Below the pieces are notes generated by a model, which was not told the DNA's origin, did no database searches, and saw only the letters and a list, made by a program, of their open reading frames with translations. From an uncultured delta proteobacterium (GTDB lineage: Bacteria; Myxococcota_A; Polyangia; Palsa-1104): a DNA stretch of 64,000 nucleotides. Location: contig CAWAWS010000026.1 of assembly GCA_963785725.1 (NCBI GenBank), positions 64,001 through 128,000 on the forward strand, in the 5' to 3' direction. Of the stretch, positions 10,074 through 20,406 are shown piece after piece (position 1 is the stretch's first letter; the number at the start of each line of letters is the position of its first letter). A program made the position numbers and the translations under genes.

Positions 10074-11945
10074 TCACAGCGCCGCGAGAAGACTCTGAAA
10101 CTCGACGACGAGCGCTTCGGTGTCCGCGCGCGACACGGCGCTCGCCTTGTAGTTGAAGTTGAAGCACAGGCTCCCGCGATAGCGAATGACGGTGAGCGCG
10201 ATGCCGGTGCGCGGCGCGACCGGTGTCGTGGGGTAGATTTCGTCGACGCTCCAGCCGTCACCGCCGAGGGGCGGCAGCTCGAGCGCGATGAGGTTCGAGA
10301 AGTCGAGCTGATAAGCGGGAAATTTAGTCTCGAAGATGAACGGCTGCGCCTCTTGCAGCGTCATGAGCGCCAGCCACTGCCGCTCGGCCAAGTAGCGCTT
10401 GATGGGCCGATGGCTGTCGCGCAGCACGTCGACCTGCGCCTGAATGTCGCGCGCCATCGGCTCCAAGTCGGGCGCGCGCGCCAAGTCGACCTCGACCTTC
10501 ATCGTCGCCAGGTGGTTGGCGAACGAGACGAAGCCGCCGTCGCGCGGACGCGTCTCCATGAGCAGCTGCGCGACGGTGCGGCCGGCCGCGACGCCGCGCG
10601 CGCGGCCCACACGATCGTTGGCGACGAACAGCGCCGCCGTCAAGAGCGAGTTCAAGCTGCAGCCGATCCGTTTGCGCACGGCGTTCCACGACACGAGCAC
10701 GCTGTCGTCGACGCGCCAGTGCACGGTGCCGTTTTGCCCGGTGTAGTCGTTGCTGCGGTTTTGCAAGAGCGGTGACAGCGGACGGCGCGCCGCGCCGATG
10801 AAGTCGCCGATGAAGGCGAAGTGGCCGGCGACGGTCCACGCGAACCGGCGCGCCGTGCCGAGGCCGAACGCCTCCAGCTCGCTGCGCCGGCCGATCGGCG
10901 CCAGCGCCTCCGCCGACGGGCGGCGACGCGCGCGCGCCGCCTCCAAGAAGCCGGCGAAGTCGACCATCAGGCCGTAAAACGCGCGGCCGTCGGCGATCGC
11001 GTGATGCTGGCGAAAGACGAGCTCGCCGCGACTGTCGCCGGTGCGTACCAGCGTCAGCGTCAGCGGGAAATCGGTGAAGAGATCGAGGTGGCGATCGCGC
11101 TGCTCTTGCAAGAGCGGCTCGAGCGCCGCCGGATCCTCGCGCAGGTCGACGACGCTGAAGATGCCGTCGAGCGTGAACGACGGATCGTGCGCGTAGCGAA
11201 AGCGCGTCGCCGCCGCCGGCGTGCCGTCGAGCGACTGCACCTTCGTCGTCAGCGTCGGATAGCGCGCCACGGTGTCGGCCAGCGCCGTGCGCACGTCGGC
11301 GGGGTCGAGCGCGCCCGTGAAGACGAGCCGCCACGTCACCGTCGCCGAGCAGCCGCGCTCGCGGTTGGTGACGACGAGCCCGCCTTTGTCGAGGTGGTCG
11401 CACGGGTAGACGACGCCGGTGGGCGGCTTGCCGTCGTCGCGGAACCAGCGCGCATCGGCCACGGTCGCGTCCGACTCGGAGGCGATGGCCGCCAGCGCGA
11501 CGACGAGGCCGCTGGCGACGGCCGTGACGCCGGCGAAGAGCGCCTTGAAGTAGACGAAGCCGTCGCGTGACAGCTCCTCGATGCCGAAGACGGTCAGCGC
11601 CGCGACCGCGGGCAGGCCGAGCACGACGACGCTGGCGAAGGCTAGGCCGGCCGCCGACAAGAGCGGGCGGCGCGCCGGCAGCGTCAGCCAGGCGGCGGCG
11701 CGACCCCAGCCGCGCTGGCGGCCCGCGCGCACCTCGCGCCGCGCGGTGAAGCCGACGATGAAGAGCGTGAAGAAGGCCACGAACGCGGCATCGACGAGCG
11801 TATCGACGACGATGGTGCCGCGCGAGATGGCGTGGCGCGCCGGATGGAAGAGCCAGCCCAACAGCCCGTTGAAGAGCGCGTTGACGATGAGCGCCGGCAG
11901 CGCGAGCTGCACGATGAGGTAGCGGCGAAGCGAAGGCGTCCGCAT
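10074..11945 (-). CDS. Membrane-anchored condensation-domain / CoA-dependent acyltransferase
   Basis: From ATG 11945: about 4 hydrophobic helices, then GALDPADVRTALADTVARYPTL, FRQHHAIADGRAF (HHxxxDG), CSLNSLLTAAL, FSNL, LTVIRYRGSLCFNFNY. Confidence 0.8.
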   Translation of the reverse strand: MRTPSLRRYLIVQLALPALIVNALFNGLLGWLFHPARHAISRGTIVVDTLVDAAFVAFFTLFIVGFTARREVRAGRQRGWGRAAAWLTLPARRPLLSAAGLAFASVVVLGLPAVAALTVFGIEELSRDGFVYFKALFAGVTAVASGLVVALAAIASESDATVADARWFRDDGKPPTGVVYPCDHLDKGGLVVTNRERGCSATVTWRLVFTGALDPADVRTALADTVARYPTLTTKVQSLDGTPAAATRFRYAHDPSFTLDGIFSVVDLREDPAALEPLLQEQRDRHLDLFTDFPLTLTLVRTGDSRGELVFRQHHAIADGRAFYGLMVDFAGFLEAARARRRPSAEALAPIGRRSELEAFGLGTARRFAWTVAGHFAFIGDFIGAARRPLSPLLQNRSNDYTGQNGTVHWRVDDSVLVSWNAVRKRIGCSLNSLLTAALFVANDRVGRARGVAAGRTVAQLLMETRPRDGGFVSFANHLATMKVEVDLARAPDLEPMARDIQAQVDVLRDSHRPIKRYLAERQWLALMTLQEAQPFIFETKFPAYQLDFSNLIALELPPLGGDGWSVDEIYPTTPVAPRTGIALTVIRYRGSLCFNFNYKASAVSRADTEALVVEFQSLLAAL

Positions 11946-12194
11946 GCCCGGTCCCCGTTCGTAGCACGCATGACCGTCGCGCGTGTCCGCAAAACGAACG
12001 ATGGCGACCGGCCGAGTGTGGGCGCCGTTGCGCCGGCAACGGCGGAAACGGTCGTCTCGCGTTCGAGACAGCGACGGGAAACTGCAAACGGCCGCTTTAC
12101 GAGCGGGGTCGCGCGCCTCGCTCGTGCCGACGGCCGAGCGTCGCGGAAGCCGCGCAAATCGCGACGATCGCGCGCTCGCGTGTTCACGCGGTCG

Positions 12195-12210
12195 CGGCAC
12201 GCCGGCTGCA
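12195..12210 (+). promoter_or_regulatory. Putative sigma54 (-24/-12) promoter
   Basis: CGGCACG-CCGG-CTGCA with GG-N10-GC spacing, upstream of the lipoprotein at 12443; palindromes at 12023-12044 and 12054-12069 could be activator sites. Confidence 0.55.
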
Positions 12211-12442
12211 GTCGTGGCTGCTGACGGACTCATGTGCACGCGCCCACATCGCCCGACCTCGCGCTGCGCTCGCGGCCATTCTGCGACGGTAAACCGCTTG
12301 TGGACGCGGCGAGTGACTCATAAGATGGCGACGGGAACGTCTCGTCAGGTCTCGCCGGGTTTCGGGCTCGGCGATGGACGACTGGCTTGAGCACCACCAC
12401 TTGGGAGCGGCGCCGGTTTAGCCCCGGCACCGACGGAGAACG

Positions 12443-14697
12443 ATGACTCGAACGAAGCTCGTGATGCGCGCGGGATTGGTGCTGCTGCTGCTCGTCCCGC
12501 TCGGCTGCTCGCACAACGGCACCAAGAGCGGCGGCGGTGGTGGCGGCAGCGGCGGAGGCAGCGGCGGCGGCAATGGCAACGGCGGCGACGCCGGAATCCC
12601 CGAGGATTTGGTGGTGACGCCGGCCAATCCGGTGCTCGACCTGCAGACGGGACAGCCGGCGCAGACCGTGCAGTTCATGGCGACGAAGTCGGGCACGCCG
12701 ATCACCAACGCGCAGTGGTCGATCGACCGCGGTGAGCTCGGCAGCATCGACGCCAACGGCCTCTTCACGCCGTCGGGCACGCTCGGCGGCGTCGCCATCG
12801 TCACGGCCGCGGCCGGCGCCAGCGATCGCGGCACGACGACGGTGACCATCCACGTCAGCACCACCGAGAACGGCGACCCGGCCTATCCGGCGCCGACGCC
12901 GGGCGCGGGCGGCTATGGCGGCGTTGGCGGCGACGGCCCGGGCGCGCCGCCGTCGGGCACGCAGACGACGACGCTGATGGGCACGCCGACGATGGACGCG
13001 TCGGTGTCGCTGCTCTATCCGTACGACAAGACGGTGTGGCCGCGCGGACTGCTCGCGCCCTTGTTGCAGTGGAACCCAGGCACGCACCACTTCGACTCGG
13101 CGTACATCCACGTGACCGAGGCCAACTTCGAGTACGACGGCTACTTCGCGGCCAACTCGACGACGAGCTTCCAGAACCTGCCGATCCCACAGGACGCCTG
13201 GCATCAGATGACCTACTCGAACGCCGGCGAGGTGGTGACCATCTCGATCGTGCTCGGCGAGGGCGGCCAGGCTTACGGCCCCTACACCGAGACGTGGCGG
13301 ATCGCGCCCGCGACCTTGAAGGGCACCATCTATTACAACTCCTACGGCACCTATCTCGTGCAGAACTCGGGCACCGACGGGCTCGACGCGACCGGCCATC
13401 AGTACGGCGCCGGCACGCTCGCCATCAAGGCCGGCGACACGTCGCCGACGCTCGTCGCCGGCGTCAGCTCGCCGGCTCCGGGCGGCGACGGCACCGGCTG
13501 CCGCGTCTGCCACACCGTCGCCGCCAACGGCAAGTCGCTGGTGACGCAGGCGTCGAACTTGAGCGCCACCGACTACTCGGTCACCAAGTACCTCGACCTG
13601 CTCAACGACACCACCGGCGGCTCGGGCACGGCGCTGACGACGACCACCACCGTCGGCCAGGTCTATCCCGCGCTCTATCCCGACGGAGCGTTGATGCTGG
13701 CGAACGCGGGCGGCTTCAACGGCGGGCAATATCCGCTGCCGCCGACGAGCGTCTTGTACTCCTTGCCCGATGGCGCGCCGGTGATGTCGATGGGCCTGCC
13801 GGACAACTTCCAGGCGACGCTGCCGGTCTTCTCGCCCGACGGCAAATCGGTCGCGTTCAACTTCTGGAGCGGCACCTTCACCGGCGGTCCGACGGGCGAT
13901 CAACGCTCGCTCGCGATCATGGACTTCGATCTGCCCTCGAAGACGTTCTCCAATCCGCGCATCGGATACACGCCGCCGGCCAACACGCCGGTGAGCTTCT
14001 CGTCGTTCCTGCCCGACAGCTCGGGCGTGGTCTTCTCGCTGCAGCTCGCCGCTCCGTTCGGCGCCACCTGGCATCAAGCGACCTCCGAGCTCTGGTGGTA
14101 CGACGTCAAAGCCAACCAGGCGCACCGCCTCGACAACTTGAACGGCCTCGGCTACGCGCCCAACAACGGCTCGACGCACCCGGCCGGCCTCGACGCACGC
14201 TCAACTACGAGCCCACCGTCAACCCGATCGCGTCCGGCGGCTATGCCTGGGTCGTGTTCACCAGCCGCCGCATGTACGGCAACGTCGCCGCCGAGGACCC
14301 GTGGATGAGCGACCCGCGCAACTTCGACGCCACGCAGCACATCACCGACAAGAAGCTGTGGGTGGCCGCCTTCGACCTCAGCCAAGACGAAATCACCACC
14401 GTCGGCGACCCCAGCCATCCGGCGTTCTACCTGCCTGCGCAGGAGCTGCACGCCGGCAACGCGCGCGGCTACTGGAGCGTCGATCCCTGCCACGCCGACG
14501 GCGCCACCTGCGACACCGGCGACGAGTGCTGCGGCGGCTACTGCTCGTCGGAGAACGGCGCGCTCGTGTGCACGTCGCAGAAGCCGCAGTGCTCGGCGGA
14601 GTTCGACAAGTGCACCACGACCGCCGACTGCTGCGGCACGACGCCCGCGCTCTCCTGCATCAACAGCATCTGCACGCAGGCGGTCCCGATTTCGTAG
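12443..14697 (+). CDS. Myxobacterial lipoprotein with TolB/PD40-like propeller and Cys-rich C-terminus (frameshift near 14195)
   Basis: Lipobox PLGC, Gly linker, LLYPYDKTVWPRGL, GTIYYNSY, PVFSPDGKSVAF; continues in ORF 13036..14697 as LNYEPTVNPIASGGYAWVVFTSRRMYGN and ends in CC-containing Cys modules. Confidence 0.8.
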
Positions 14698-14985
14698 TCG
14701 ATCGCGCGATCGAGTCCGTAACGCCTCCCGCCGCTTTAGTCTCCTACAGGTTTACAGTCGATAGAGCTTAGCGCCAAAGCGCGAGGCTCCCGCTCGCCTG
14801 CGGCGCAAGGGACGGCCGAGGCTCAGCCGCTGCCTCTTATGTGCTGTTTATGTCGCTTCTGTTTCCACTGACAGACACAAAATCGGCGCCATTCGATGTT
14901 TTTCGAGGCCAAGAGGTTGCCTTGCCGGAAAGTGCACGCTCATGTCCGCACAGGAAAGGGATATACCGTCGGTGAATATGCTTGT

Positions 14986-15558
14986 ATGAGAATCATGCGT
15001 GCGAGCGACGACGAATTGGTTCTCCACGCGCAATCGGGCGCACCACGGGCTTTCGAACAACTGGTGGCGAGACACCGCCGCGCCGTCTATCAGCTGGCGC
15101 TGCGGGTCACCTCCAATCCGCACGACGCTGAAGAGATCGTGCAGGACACGTTGCTGGTGCTGCATCGTCGATTGGCGTCTTTCCGCGGTGAATCGAAGTT
15201 CTCCACTTGGCTGTACAGCGTCACGCGCAACGCGGCGCTCATGCACGTGCGGCAGCGTCCGCGCGCCGAATTCTGGCGCGACGACGAGCGCCCGAGCGAA
15301 GACGAGCGCCCGGTCGACAACAACCTCGACGAGGTCGACGCCGAGACGGTGCTGGCGCGGCGGCAGCTGGCGCGCACGGCGCTCTTGGAGCTGTCGCGGT
15401 TGCCCGACGAATATCGCGTGCCCTTCGTGCTCCGCGACGTCGAAGGGCTGTCCAGCCGCGAGACGGCGGACGCGGTCGGCATCAACGTCAACCTCGTGCG
15501 CCAGCGCGTCTATCGCGCCCGCCGCATGCTGCGCCGCCGTTTGCGCCCGTACGTTTAG
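14986..15558 (+). CDS. ECF sigma factor (RpoE-like)
   Basis: SDDELV...AFEQLV...DAEEIVQDT...FRGESKFSTWLYSVTRN and region 4 LPDEYRVPFVLRDVEGLSSRETA...RVYRARRML. Start 14986 or 14995. Confidence 0.9.
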   Translation: MRIMRASDDELVLHAQSGAPRAFEQLVARHRRAVYQLALRVTSNPHDAEEIVQDTLLVLHRRLASFRGESKFSTWLYSVTRNAALMHVRQRPRAEFWRDDERPSEDERPVDNNLDEVDAETVLARRQLARTALLELSRLPDEYRVPFVLRDVEGLSSRETADAVGINVNLVRQRVYRARRMLRRRLRPYV

Positions 15559-15612
15559 TTGCGACAGCCGTTAATCATTGCGCGACAGCGAAATAGTTGC
15601 GCTAAACGATAA

Positions 15613-15801
15613 CTAGTCGTTCTCGCTCTCGGCGCTGATGTTGAAGCCGTCTTCGTCAGGGTCATAGACGGCGACGATGCGGTTGGGCCGGCAGCAGACC
15701 GGGCAATCCTCGATGTATTCCTGATTCGTGCCGCCGCCGGGATCGGGCGCGGTGTCGACCTGCTCGCCGCAGTGCGGGCACGAGTAGAAGCCGGCGCTCA
15801 T
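15613..15801 (-). CDS. CPXCG motif cysteine-rich protein
   Basis: CPHCGE...QEYIEDCPVCCRP. Confidence 0.88.
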   Translation of the reverse strand: MSAGFYSCPHCGEQVDTAPDPGGGTNQEYIEDCPVCCRPNRIVAVYDPDEDGFNISAESEND

Positions 15802-15802
15802 C

Positions 15803-16033
15803 TCAAATGACCTTGTACAGCACCAAGCCCACCGACAAGATCATGGCGACGAAGATCAGCGCCACGCCGATGTTTCCCTTCTTGATCTCGGCCCATTCGT
15901 CGATGTCTTTGGAGAGCACGTCGAACACCTTGATGGCGAGCGCCATGGCGAACGCGAAGCTCACCGCCGCCACCAGCGCCCACGCCATGCTGCGCGCCAT
16001 CTGCCACAACGTCATCGTGATCTCGTTCGCCAT
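15803..16033 (-). CDS. DUF350-family small membrane protein
   Basis: Two TM helices flanking FDVLSKDIDEWAEIKKGNIGVA; AAGGGG RBS. Confidence 0.82.
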   Translation of the reverse strand: MANEITMTLWQMARSMAWALVAAVSFAFAMALAIKVFDVLSKDIDEWAEIKKGNIGVALIFVAMILSVGLVLYKVI

Positions 16034-16048
16034 GGATTCCCCTTTTCG

Positions 16049-17362
16049 TCATTTCAACCGAATCGGATAGTCGATTTCGCGCGGCTCGCCGGAAAAGCGC
16101 GGCAGCTGCACGGCGCCGATGACGCCGGCCAAACAGCGGTGCAGCGGGCCGCCGCGCAGCTGCGCCTCTTTGAGCGCGATGTCGGTCGCCTGTCCCGCCG
16201 GCTGCCAGCGCAGCGACACGACGACGCCTGCAAAGCCGGCGTTGCGCGCGGCTTCGGCTTTGGCGCAGGCGGCGATGTCGCCGAAGCGCGCGTTCAGGAG
16301 CGCGAGCGCCTGGTTGTCATCGGGCGGCGGCGCGTCGCTCGCCTCACCGCCGCCGCGCGCGTCACGGTCGTCGAAGCCGATGCGCTGCGCGTCCTGACGG
16401 ACCTCCTCGACGTAGGTCGACCACAAGGCGCTCAGGTCGAGCTTGCCGTCGAGCATTTGGGCGACGCCGGCGCCGGGCGCGCGATAACGATGGGTCTCCA
16501 CTTTGCGCATCGGGACGTCGAGCGCGACCTCGAGGCGGACGTCGGGCGGCGTCGCCGTGCTTGTGCGCAGCGCGGTCATCTCGGCGACGAGCGCGTCGAG
16601 CACCTGCTGCTGCAGGCGGTTGCGATCGCCCTTGGCGCGCACGCTGACGTCGACGCTGCCGGCCGAGCGCGAGACCGACGGCACGCCGATGAGCTGCACG
16701 CGCCGGAGCGACGCTTCGTGCGCCACCGCCTTCAACATCAGCGGCTCGAAGTCTTCTTGGGCGTGGGCGCGCGCGTCGAGCCAGGCCAGGCCGCCGCCGG
16801 GCGTGGCCGCGGCCGTGATGCAATCGCCGATGGCGATGCGCTGCGCGCTCAGCTCGTCGCCGCGCGCGCCGCCGGCGGCCTCGAGCGTCAACGTCTTGAA
16901 GACCAGCTTGTAGCCGGGGCTGGCGTAGACCGCTTTGCCGACGGCGCGACCGACGAGCTCGATGTGCCGCGCCACGGCGTCGCGACAGACGGTGCGATCG
17001 CAGGGGTCGATGACGAGCTCGATGTCGACGTCGATCTCGGCCATCGACTTCAGCCGCTCGGCGCTGACGCGGCCGGGATAGAGGAAGACGACGAGCTTCG
17101 GCGTCGCCCGCGGCCGCTCGCGCTTGAGCTCGGCGCGCAGGCGATTCTCGATCTGCTCCAGGTCGCGGGTCGAGAAGCCTTGCGGACCGCCCAACGCCGC
17201 ATCCAGCTGCGCGTCGAGCTCGTCGGTAGGCGCGTCGATCTTGGTGCGTTTGCCGGTCGCGAAGTCGTCTTGGTACATCGGCGTCGGCTTGCCTTGCGCG
17301 CGCGCCGTCGCGGTCGTGGCGGCGACGCAGGCCAAGCAGGAGAGCCCGAAAAGGAGCCGCAC
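16049..17362 (-). CDS. Secreted protein with C-terminal AgmX/PglI (TonB-C-like) domain
   Basis: Signal peptide ending TARA; C-terminal IAACAKAEAARN...GVVVSLRWQPAG...LHRCL...LPRFSGEPREIDYPIRLK. Confidence 0.65.
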   Translation of the reverse strand: MRLLFGLSCLACVAATTATARAQGKPTPMYQDDFATGKRTKIDAPTDELDAQLDAALGGPQGFSTRDLEQIENRLRAELKRERPRATPKLVVFLYPGRVSAERLKSMAEIDVDIELVIDPCDRTVCRDAVARHIELVGRAVGKAVYASPGYKLVFKTLTLEAAGGARGDELSAQRIAIGDCITAAATPGGGLAWLDARAHAQEDFEPLMLKAVAHEASLRRVQLIGVPSVSRSAGSVDVSVRAKGDRNRLQQQVLDALVAEMTALRTSTATPPDVRLEVALDVPMRKVETHRYRAPGAGVAQMLDGKLDLSALWSTYVEEVRQDAQRIGFDDRDARGGGEASDAPPPDDNQALALLNARFGDIAACAKAEAARNAGFAGVVVSLRWQPAGQATDIALKEAQLRGGPLHRCLAGVIGAVQLPRFSGEPREIDYPIRLK

Positions 17363-17817
17363 CGCCGCATCGTATCATCGCTCGACGAGGCGCGAAAGCA
17401 GCGGGAGCCCAGGTTTGAACCTCAGCGACGCGAGACGTGGCGACTGCGCGCGGCGCGACGGCGCCTGATGCGTGACCGATGCGCGGCCGAGACCACGCGC
17501 TGCCGGCGACGGCGTCGACGAACGTGCCCCCGAGATCGAGGTAGCGGCGCGGCGCAGCGTTCGACCCCGCCTCGTCGCGGCCGCCGACGCCGATAATCGC
17601 GACCGAGCTTACCGCCTCCCTGGCGAAACCTCGCGCGCCGGCCGCGTCGAATGGGACGCGTTGCGGGCGTGACCGAAGGCCGCTTTGACGTCGCTGACCA
17701 GTGAATTCGCTGCGCTTTGGCTTGGGCGAGCCGCGTCACGGACCTTGACCCAATGTCTGGACTCTGAAAATATGTAAGGTAGGCCGCCACGTCTACGGCG
17801 CCTTATGGGGGACCTAG

Positions 17818-18528
17818 ATGATGAAGTGGGAAGTGCGCGCGCTACTGGCGCTCTGTTGCCTTCTCGCCGCCGGCTGCCCCAACGGCGCCGGCGTCACCTG
17901 CCCCAATGGTCAAGAGTACTGCAACGGCGTTTGCATCTCGGTCACCAACGACATCCACAACTGCGGCACCTGCAACAAGACCTGCTCGGCCGAGCTCGCC
18001 TGTATCAACGGCGGCTGCGCCTGTCCGGGCAAGCTGAGCGACTGCGGCTCGACGTGCGTCGACACCAACGTCGACGGCCATAACTGCGGCGCCTGCGGCA
18101 ACGCGTGCGGGCCCGGTCAAGTCTGCTCCGCCGGCAAATGCGCGCTGAGCTGCCCCAACAATCTGACGATGTGCTCCGGCGGCTGCGTCGACACGACCAG
18201 CAACCCCATCAACTGCGGCACCTGCAACAACGTCTGCGGCCCCAACAATTACTGCGTCGGCGGCCAGTGCGTCTTCGGCTGCCCCTCGCCGCTCATGACC
18301 TGCAGCGACAGCGCCAACATGACCCTGGCCTGCTACGACACCAACGTCGACAGCAACAACTGCGGCACCTGCGGCAACGTCTGCCCGCAAGGTAACATCT
18401 GCTGCGGCGGCAGCTGCCTCGTCCCCGACACGTGGGATCATTGCGGCAGCTGCGCCGGCTGCCCCGACGACACGTACACCTGCTTCACCGATGGCGCCTT
18501 CTTCTGCTTCCAGATGTCGCCCGGATGA
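17818..18528 (+). CDS. Cys-rich repeat lipoprotein (STIG1-like myxobacterial family)
   Basis: Lipobox LAAGC; four full and one degenerate C-x-D-T-x2-D-x2-NCG-x-C-x3-C repeats; ATGA-coupled to the next gene. Confidence 0.85.
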   Translation: MMKWEVRALLALCCLLAAGCPNGAGVTCPNGQEYCNGVCISVTNDIHNCGTCNKTCSAELACINGGCACPGKLSDCGSTCVDTNVDGHNCGACGNACGPGQVCSAGKCALSCPNNLTMCSGGCVDTTSNPINCGTCNNVCGPNNYCVGGQCVFGCPSPLMTCSDSANMTLACYDTNVDSNNCGTCGNVCPQGNICCGGSCLVPDTWDHCGSCAGCPDDTYTCFTDGAFFCFQMSPG

Positions 18529-20387
18529 AGCGCCTCGCGCTCGTCATTGCGGCACTGCTGGCATTGCCGGTCGCCGCTTGGGCCGAAGGCTTCGCGCTCG
18601 ATCGTTACGAGCCCAACGCCGCCGGCGACTGGTTCCTCTCGGTGCCGCACCCGTGGTACTCGCGCACGCGCTTCTTCGCCGGCGGGCTGACGCTCGACTA
18701 CTCGCATAACCCGCTGCTCGGCGGCTTCTACGACAACGGCTTTCACCAGACGACGGCGATCGTCGAGCATCAGCTGGTCGGGCACATCGACTTGGCGGCG
18801 TCGTTCTTGGATCGCGTCCAGGTCTCGCTGTCGCTGCCCGTGGTCCTCGTCGAGCATGGCGAGACGTCGTTCGGCGTGTCGCCGCTGCAGAGCGGCGCCG
18901 TCGGCGATCCGCGCGTCGGCGTGATGGTGCGCTTGTGGGGCCAGGCCGATCGCGCGCTGTCGCTGCACCTCGGCGGCTACCTGTTCATTCCCGTCGGCAG
19001 CGAGGACAAGCACGCCGGCGACGCCACCGTGCGCGGGCTGCCGCAAGCGATCGTGGCCGGTCTCATTCGGCATCACCTGCGCTACTCGGGCGTCGTCGGC
19101 ATCTACATTCGCCAGCAGGCGCAGCTCGGCTTCGGCCCGGCGGCGACGGCGGCGAGCGAATTCCAGCTGGCCGGCGCCGTCGCCTGGACCGACCGCGAGC
19201 AGCGCTGGCAAATCGGCCCCGAGGCGAACTTCGCCACCGACATCGCCGGTCCGCGCGTCGGCCGCAAATACGGCACCAGCTTGGAGCTCCTCTTGGGCGC
19301 GCAATTACACGTCGCCAAGACGATCTTGGTCGGCGCCGGCGTCGGCACCGGCCTGGTCTCGATGATCGGCACGCCCGACGCGCGCGCGCTCTTGCGCGTG
19401 GCCTACGCGCCGATTCGCAAGCCGCCCAAGCCGCGCGACAGCGACGGCGACGGCGTGGCCGACGACATCGACGCCTGTCCCAACGCCGCCGGTCCCGCCA
19501 CGATGGTTCGTGGCACGAACGGTTGCCCCGACGGCGATCGCGACGGCGTCCCCGACGCGCAGGACGAATGCCCGAACGCGCCGCCCGGCAGCGTGCCCGA
19601 CCCGGCGCATCCCGGCTGCCCGCGCGACAGCGATCACGACGGCATCCCCGACGCTGAAGACCAATGCCCCGGCGATCCGGCGACGGCCACGACCGACGCC
19701 GCGCGGCCCGGCTGCCCGCGCGACAGCGATCACGACGGCGTGCCCGATGCGCAGGACGCCTGCCCCAACGACGCGCCCGGCGCACACCCCGATCTGGCGC
19801 GCGCCGGCTGCCCGCAGCTCGACAGCGATCACGACGGCGTGCCCGACGCCGAGGACGCCTGCCCGAACGATCCGCCGGGCGCGGTCGTCGATCCGAAACG
19901 GCCCGGCTGCCCCATCGCCGACGCCGACAACGACGGCGTGCCCGACGCCGAGGACGCCTGCCCGAAGGATCCGGGCGTCGCCAGCGCCGACACCAAGGCC
20001 AACGGCTGCCCGCAGCTGTCGTCGCTGCAGCCGGGCGACGTGCTGCGGCTGCACTCGGTGCACTTCGAGACCAACAAGTGGACCCTGTTGCCCGAGAGCG
20101 ATCCCATCCTCGACGAAGTGACGAAGCTCTTGCAGGAGCACAAAGAGATCGGCGAGGTGATCATCGAAGGGCACGCCGACGATCGCGGCACGCCGGCGTG
20201 GAATCTGCGGCTGTCGCGCCATCGCGCGCAGGCGGTCGTCGATTACCTCGTCAAGAAGGGCGTGCGCGCCAGTCGGCTGCGCGCCGTCGGCCTCGGCGAC
20301 ACCAAGCCGCTCGACCCCGAGCGCAACGACGATGCGCGCGCCAAGAACCGCCGCGTCGAGGTCCGCATCCCCGACGCCAAGAAGTAA
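18525..20387 (+). CDS. OmpA-family protein: beta-barrel + thrombospondin type 3 repeats + OmpA C-terminal domain (TraB-like architecture)
   Basis: ATG 18525 with signal peptide, amphipathic strands (GDPRVG, GTPDARALLRVAY), six DxDxDGVPDxxDxCP repeats, then VHFETNK, IEGHADDRG, NLRLSRHRAQAV, KNRRVE. Confidence 0.9.
   Translation: MKRLALVIAALLALPVAAWAEGFALDRYEPNAAGDWFLSVPHPWYSRTRFFAGGLTLDYSHNPLLGGFYDNGFHQTTAIVEHQLVGHIDLAASFLDRVQVSLSLPVVLVEHGETSFGVSPLQSGAVGDPRVGVMVRLWGQADRALSLHLGGYLFIPVGSEDKHAGDATVRGLPQAIVAGLIRHHLRYSGVVGIYIRQQAQLGFGPAATAASEFQLAGAVAWTDREQRWQIGPEANFATDIAGPRVGRKYGTSLELLLGAQLHVAKTILVGAGVGTGLVSMIGTPDARALLRVAYAPIRKPPKPRDSDGDGVADDIDACPNAAGPATMVRGTNGCPDGDRDGVPDAQDECPNAPPGSVPDPAHPGCPRDSDHDGIPDAEDQCPGDPATATTDAARPGCPRDSDHDGVPDAQDACPNDAPGAHPDLARAGCPQLDSDHDGVPDAEDACPNDPPGAVVDPKRPGCPIADADNDGVPDAEDACPKDPGVASADTKANGCPQLSSLQPGDVLRLHSVHFETNKWTLLPESDPILDEVTKLLQEHKEIGEVIIEGHADDRGTPAWNLRLSRHRAQAVVDYLVKKGVRASRLRAVGLGDTKPLDPERNDDARAKNRRVEVRIPDAKK
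19437..19964 (+). repeat. Six coding TSP3 (Ca-binding) repeats
   Basis: Recurrent GACAGCGATCACGACGGC...CCCGAC...TGCCC units encoding DSDHDGVPDAxDxCP. Confidence 0.85.
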
Positions 20388-20406
20388 CGCCTACTCGCCG
20401 TAACGA

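Noticed and set aside
14698..14985. 16-bp perfect palindrome (14698-14713) and lower-GC stretch as an ncRNA or riboswitch
   Set aside because: No recognisable conserved RNA motif; adequately explained as the end of one gene plus the promoter region of the ECF sigma gene.
19437..19964. Regularly spaced DNA repeats as a CRISPR array
   Set aside because: They are in-frame TSP3 coding repeats with synonymous variation, and there are no cas genes.
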